Source: an uncultured Gammaproteobacteria bacterium
GTDB lineage: Bacteria; Patescibacteriota; Microgenomatia; Woykebacterales; RBG-16-39-9b
Length of the DNA: 64,000 nt
Direction of reading: 5' to 3'
NCBI GenBank assembly: GCA_964360785.1
Contig: CAYHXX010000002.1
Span: 92,107-156,106, forward strand
In this document: piece by piece, positions 60,743-64,000 of the stretch
Position numbering within the stretch: the stretch's first letter is position 1
Layout of the letters: each line of letters opens with the position of its first letter
The notes under the pieces: model-generated
Told to the model about the DNA's origin: nothing
The model's input: the letters and a program-made list of their open reading frames with translations, nothing else
The model's database searches: none
Position numbers and translations under genes: made by a program

Positions 60743-61309
60743 ATGCCCTTGAAAAGAATAGTACCGATCGCGATAACTGATGATGAGAAAGATGGGGTAG
60801 GTCTGCTTTTGCGACTGCGGGTACCTTGGCTTATTCTCGGTTTGATTGGTGGTACGGCAGCTTCTTTTATCGTTTCCCGTTTTGAAACAGTTTTGTCAAA
60901 CAACATCTCCTTAGCCTTCTTTTTGCCAGTGATTGTTTATATGAGTGATGCTGTTGGTACTCAGACGGAAACAATTTTTGTTCGCGATTTGGCAAAAGGA
61001 ACAGCTAGTTTTACTGGCTATTTAATAAAAGAATTTGCGTTGGGTCTTGTGATTGGTTCAGTTTTTGGAGTACTAATCGGCCTAATCTCCTACTTCTGGA
61101 TTGGTTCTGTCGGTATTGCCTTGACAGTTGGACTGGCCATGAGTGTTAATGTTGCCTTAGCGCCAATCATAGCTTTACTTGTGCCAGAGATACTATTTAA
61201 AGAACACACAGACCCAGCGTTGGGCGGGGGGCCTTTTACAACTATAATTCAGGATATAGTGAGTATTTTAGTGTATTTTCTTATTGCCACTATTATTCTG
61301 TTTCGTTAA
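60743..61309 (+). CDS. MgtE-like divalent cation transporter, transmembrane domain only
   Basis: Five TM helices, GGGPFTTIIQDIVS motif. Confidence 0.6.
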   Translation: MPLKRIVPIAITDDEKDGVGLLLRLRVPWLILGLIGGTAASFIVSRFETVLSNNISLAFFLPVIVYMSDAVGTQTETIFVRDLAKGTASFTGYLIKEFALGLVIGSVFGVLIGLISYFWIGSVGIALTVGLAMSVNVALAPIIALLVPEILFKEHTDPALGGGPFTTIIQDIVSILVYFLIATIILFR

Positions 61310-61337
61310 TATAGACTAATAATTTAAATAAGTTCCT

Positions 61338-61814
61338 ATGAAAAACCTAATCAACTTTTTGTTTCCAATTAAAACTGCTTACGCTCATTGCGACATTCCC
61401 TGTGGGATATACGATCCCCACGCTGCTCAAGTAGCAGCCCACACCGTGCTTCGAATGACCGGTTTGATAAATGAACTTAGTGGAGATACTAGAGAAACTG
61501 AGCACAAACTGGCTCGTTACACCAAGGTTAAAGAAAAGCACGCTGAAATTGTTAAACACGAAGTTGTAGTTTTGTGGGGAGATTATTTCAAGGAAGAACA
61601 TTTGAAGGAATACCCGCAGTTGTCAGAAACAGTTTACCGAACCTTGAAGCTTGCCTCGAAATCCAAGCAGGAAATTAACATTGAGGTAGCAAAGGACTTA
61701 CTCACCCAGGTACAAGTGATTGCTGAGATTTTCTATAAATCTAAGGATTTAACGCCAATTAAAGTTAAACCACCGTTTCCAACTGAGGGTGAAATTGTCA
61801 GTTTTAAAGCTTAG
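61338..61814 (+). CDS. sodN: nickel superoxide dismutase precursor
   Basis: Ni-hook HCDIPCGIYDP directly after a 16-aa leader. Confidence 0.8.
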   Translation: MKNLINFLFPIKTAYAHCDIPCGIYDPHAAQVAAHTVLRMTGLINELSGDTRETEHKLARYTKVKEKHAEIVKHEVVVLWGDYFKEEHLKEYPQLSETVYRTLKLASKSKQEINIEVAKDLLTQVQVIAEIFYKSKDLTPIKVKPPFPTEGEIVSFKA

Positions 61815-62094
61815 AGTACCATTTTCTCGTTATAAAATTTCCGGTCACAGCATGGAAGCGACTCTGAAAGCAGGCGAAATTGTTTGGGTCAACAACTGGT
61901 CCTATCTCTTTTCCAAACCCAAAGTTGGCGATATAGTTGTTTTTCGCTTTCAGAATAAGGAAATGGTGAAAAGAATTACTCAGGTTAAATCAGATTCGGT
62001 AGAAGTTGTGGGTGACAACAAGGTAGATAGTCTTGGTAGTCAGGATATTGGGAGTATCTTAATAAGAAATATTGTGGGTAAAGTTTGGTTTTGA
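61789..62094 (+). CDS. sodX: Ni-SOD maturation protease (S26 signal-peptidase-like SodX)
   Basis: ISGHSMEATL catalytic Ser motif; overlaps the sodN 3' end. Confidence 0.65.
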   Translation: MKLSVLKLRVPFSRYKISGHSMEATLKAGEIVWVNNWSYLFSKPKVGDIVVFRFQNKEMVKRITQVKSDSVEVVGDNKVDSLGSQDIGSILIRNIVGKVWF

Positions 62095-62136
62095 TTGTTT
62101 GACAAGTACAGGTTTTTCCTCTACTATTTTGTGTAA

Positions 62137-62802
62137 ATGAAAAAGCTTCTGCTTCCGTTAATCTTATTGTCAGTACTACTCATTTCCCAAACATCTATAG
62201 TTCTTGCAGAATCAGATGATGACGATAATAATTCTTCTGGTAACCAATCAAGTGATTCTGGCAGAGACTCCAATAAATCAAGAAGAGAATCTCTAAAAGA
62301 AAAGGTAAAAGGTGAGATTGAAGATAAGCTTAAAGAGGTTAAAGAAAAGCTAGCTTCTAAAGCTGCACTCCGAAAAGAAAAACTTGAAGCAACCAAACTT
62401 AAAGTTTGCGAAAAAAGAAAAGAAATAATTATCCGTCGTTCCACAAAACTTGCCGAAAGAGCAGAAAGGCAAATAACTAACTTCACCGCTAAAGTAGAAA
62501 GAGTTGATAATTATTACAATAACAAGTTGTTGCCAAAAGGTGGCGTAGTTGCTAATTACGATTCCTTGATAGCTGATATCGAAGCTAAAAAACAAGCTGC
62601 TCAGACTGCTGTCGACTCTGCCAAGACTACCGCACAAAACTTTGATTGTGCAGGTGATGACCCCAAAGGACAACTGACAAACTTCCGTACTGACATGCAG
62701 AACGCCATCAAAACACTAAAAGAGTACCGAACAAGTATTAAAAACTTAATTGTGGCAGTTAGAACTGCCAACAAGACAGCTACTAGCTCAGCTGATAATT
62801 AA
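62137..62802 (+). CDS. secreted coiled-coil protein (221 aa)
   Basis: Signal peptide, acidic then Lys/Glu-rich helical region. Confidence 0.5.
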   Translation: MKKLLLPLILLSVLLISQTSIVLAESDDDDNNSSGNQSSDSGRDSNKSRRESLKEKVKGEIEDKLKEVKEKLASKAALRKEKLEATKLKVCEKRKEIIIRRSTKLAERAERQITNFTAKVERVDNYYNNKLLPKGGVVANYDSLIADIEAKKQAAQTAVDSAKTTAQNFDCAGDDPKGQLTNFRTDMQNAIKTLKEYRTSIKNLIVAVRTANKTATSSADN

Positions 62803-62805
62803 ACC

Positions 62806-63138
62806 ATGGAAGAACAAAACCAAACTGCAAACCCAATACAGCCTGAACTCACTGCTACTCCAGCCCCAACTGTTCCAGCAGAAGTGCCGGGAAAGAAAAG
62901 CAAAGCTACACTTTACGTTATCCTAGGTCTTGTAGTACTGCTCTTAGCGTTTGTTGGAGTGATAATGGCTCTAAACAGTTCTGCAGAAAAAACTCCAGCA
63001 CCCACCACAACAGCCCAAACGACAGAGATAAATAGTACTGCTGATTTGGATAAGACCTCAGAGGAATTGGACAACGCTGACCTTGATAGTTACGAAACTG
63101 ATCTTCAGCTCAACGACAACGACGCTTCTACTTTCTAA
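62806..63138 (+). CDS. small membrane-anchored Thr/Pro-rich protein
   Basis: A TM helix after the Pro-rich N-terminus. Confidence 0.45.
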   Translation: MEEQNQTANPIQPELTATPAPTVPAEVPGKKSKATLYVILGLVVLLLAFVGVIMALNSSAEKTPAPTTTAQTTEINSTADLDKTSEELDNADLDSYETDLQLNDNDASTF

Positions 63139-63140
63139 TT

Positions 63141-64000
63141 TCAAATTGGATAAGTTAATAAACCTTTAAGTGCTGGTAAGTTGCGGCTGTACTCATTTGC
63201 TGTTTGCGAGATAAACTCAATCACCAAAGTTGAAATACCTCTTTTAGTAGCCCATTCCTCGTAAGTTCCAGTAATTATATAACCCAGAGCCGAGATTTCA
63301 CTTTCCTCACCGCTACTTTGACTGCGTGTGTAACCGGTTAAGTTTGAGTACCAATCCCCAAAACCTTGAGCGATTCCGTCTCCCAAGACTAAATTGGCGT
63401 TTGAGTGGTAAGTAATACTTAAAGTTGGGTTTTCGCTATAGACCAAGTCTCTTAGAGCCCTTGTTTCCGGTTCTGAAAACGGACCACTACCGCCTCCGGC
63501 TGGGTAAGAGCGGTTTTGCCAATAAGTTAATGCTTGCCAGTCTGGTAGATCCCAATTACGGTTAAGATCGACGTCGTTGGCATTAAAGCGGTTATTAGCT
63601 GCTCTTCCATCAGGATTGGCATAAGGGACAATGATAAAGGTTCGGTCGCTACCAATTTGGTTTTGGTTAGCCCGTAAATAACTGATCCAAGAATTGAGCA
63701 TAGTACCAGTATTGGCTTCGGAGCCATGCATTGCCCCGATCAAAAGGATTTTCTTTGAACCCGTTCCGAAGTAGGTTGCAGTAATGGAACGTTTTTTGAC
63801 TGAGTAGCCAATTGTACGGGATCGTTCACTTGTAGTTGTAAAACTTGAAGAGAAGTTCTGGGTACTGTCCTCACCGCCCAAACTTTTGACACCGGCACGA
63901 ACATTGATAGTATAGCTAGTTAGCATGGCTAAGCCGCTAGTTTTGTAGTACAGAGTGTTACCAGACCAGGAAAAGGTACCTTCGAGACTTGGTGTGGTTG
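63141..64000 (-). CDS. M14 zinc carboxypeptidase family protein (N-terminus beyond the window end)
   Basis: GAMHGSE, ANPDG, DLNRNW motifs; the frame stays open upstream of the first Met to position 64000. Confidence 0.7.
   Translation of the reverse strand, partial: TTPSLEGTFSWSGNTLYYKTSGLAMLTSYTINVRAGVKSLGGEDSTQNFSSSFTTTSERSRTIGYSVKKRSITATYFGTGSKKILLIGAMHGSEANTGTMLNSWISYLRANQNQIGSDRTFIIVPYANPDGRAANNRFNANDVDLNRNWDLPDWQALTYWQNRSYPAGGGSGPFSEPETRALRDLVYSENPTLSITYHSNANLVLGDGIAQGFGDWYSNLTGYTRSQSSGEESEISALGYIITGTYEEWATKRGISTLVIEFISQTANEYSRNLPALKGLLTYPI

Overview
The window reads as a low-GC (about 40%), CPR/Patescibacteria-like chromosome segment carrying the replication origin. The origin genes are rpmH-rnpA-yidD-yidC-jag on the minus strand and dnaA-dnaN-recF on the plus strand, with DnaA-box clusters around dnaA. 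Housekeeping genes follow: rplY, rnhA, smpB plus tmRNA, dnaG, rpoD, ahcY, pcm, a Ni-SOD sodN/sodX pair, and eight tRNAs. Four things stand out.

1. A dispersed Gram-positive-type type IV secretion system (T4SS)-like apparatus. A translationally coupled operon encodes a PrgI/VirB3-like protein, a 954-aa protein, a 242-aa protein and a VirB4-like ATPase (13989..20086). A VirB6-like polytopic protein lies at 24076..26052. A 700-aa cell-wall hydrolase combines DUF11, M23 and HExxH domains. Six tandem TrbC/VirB2-type pilin paralogs follow at 29362..32563.

2. A 943-aa orphan protein (21176..24007) with clearly higher GC than its surroundings. It is embedded in the T4SS-like neighbourhood, preceded by a structured leader, and bracketed by a 19-nt near-palindromic repeat.

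3. The first ~4.5 kb is a high-GC foreign-looking module of small minus-strand genes separated by recurring CTTAAG-paired intergenic motifs.

4. Downstream of tRNA-Asn (49-58 kb) lies an array of unrelated cargo genes. These include MazG-like, NUDIX, Fic, an EamA-like membrane protein (weak call), an orphan high-GC response regulator and several secreted or membrane hypotheticals. The genes are punctuated by a 30-nt direct repeat ending in ..GAGCCA that resembles the tRNA-Asn 3' end, by a conserved terminator-like hairpin, and by a 15-nt duplicate of the tRNA 3' end. This looks like serial integration at a tRNA hotspot, but no integrase is visible in the window.

Other oddities are a split tRNA-Arg-like gene whose halves flank an intact tRNA-Arg(GCG), and a 202-bp tandem duplication across the pfkB/ahcY junction. 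No CRISPR array, rRNA or recognisable transposase/integrase was seen.

Coordinates for features not in the ORF track were derived by counting from nearby track ORF boundaries and may be off by a few bases.
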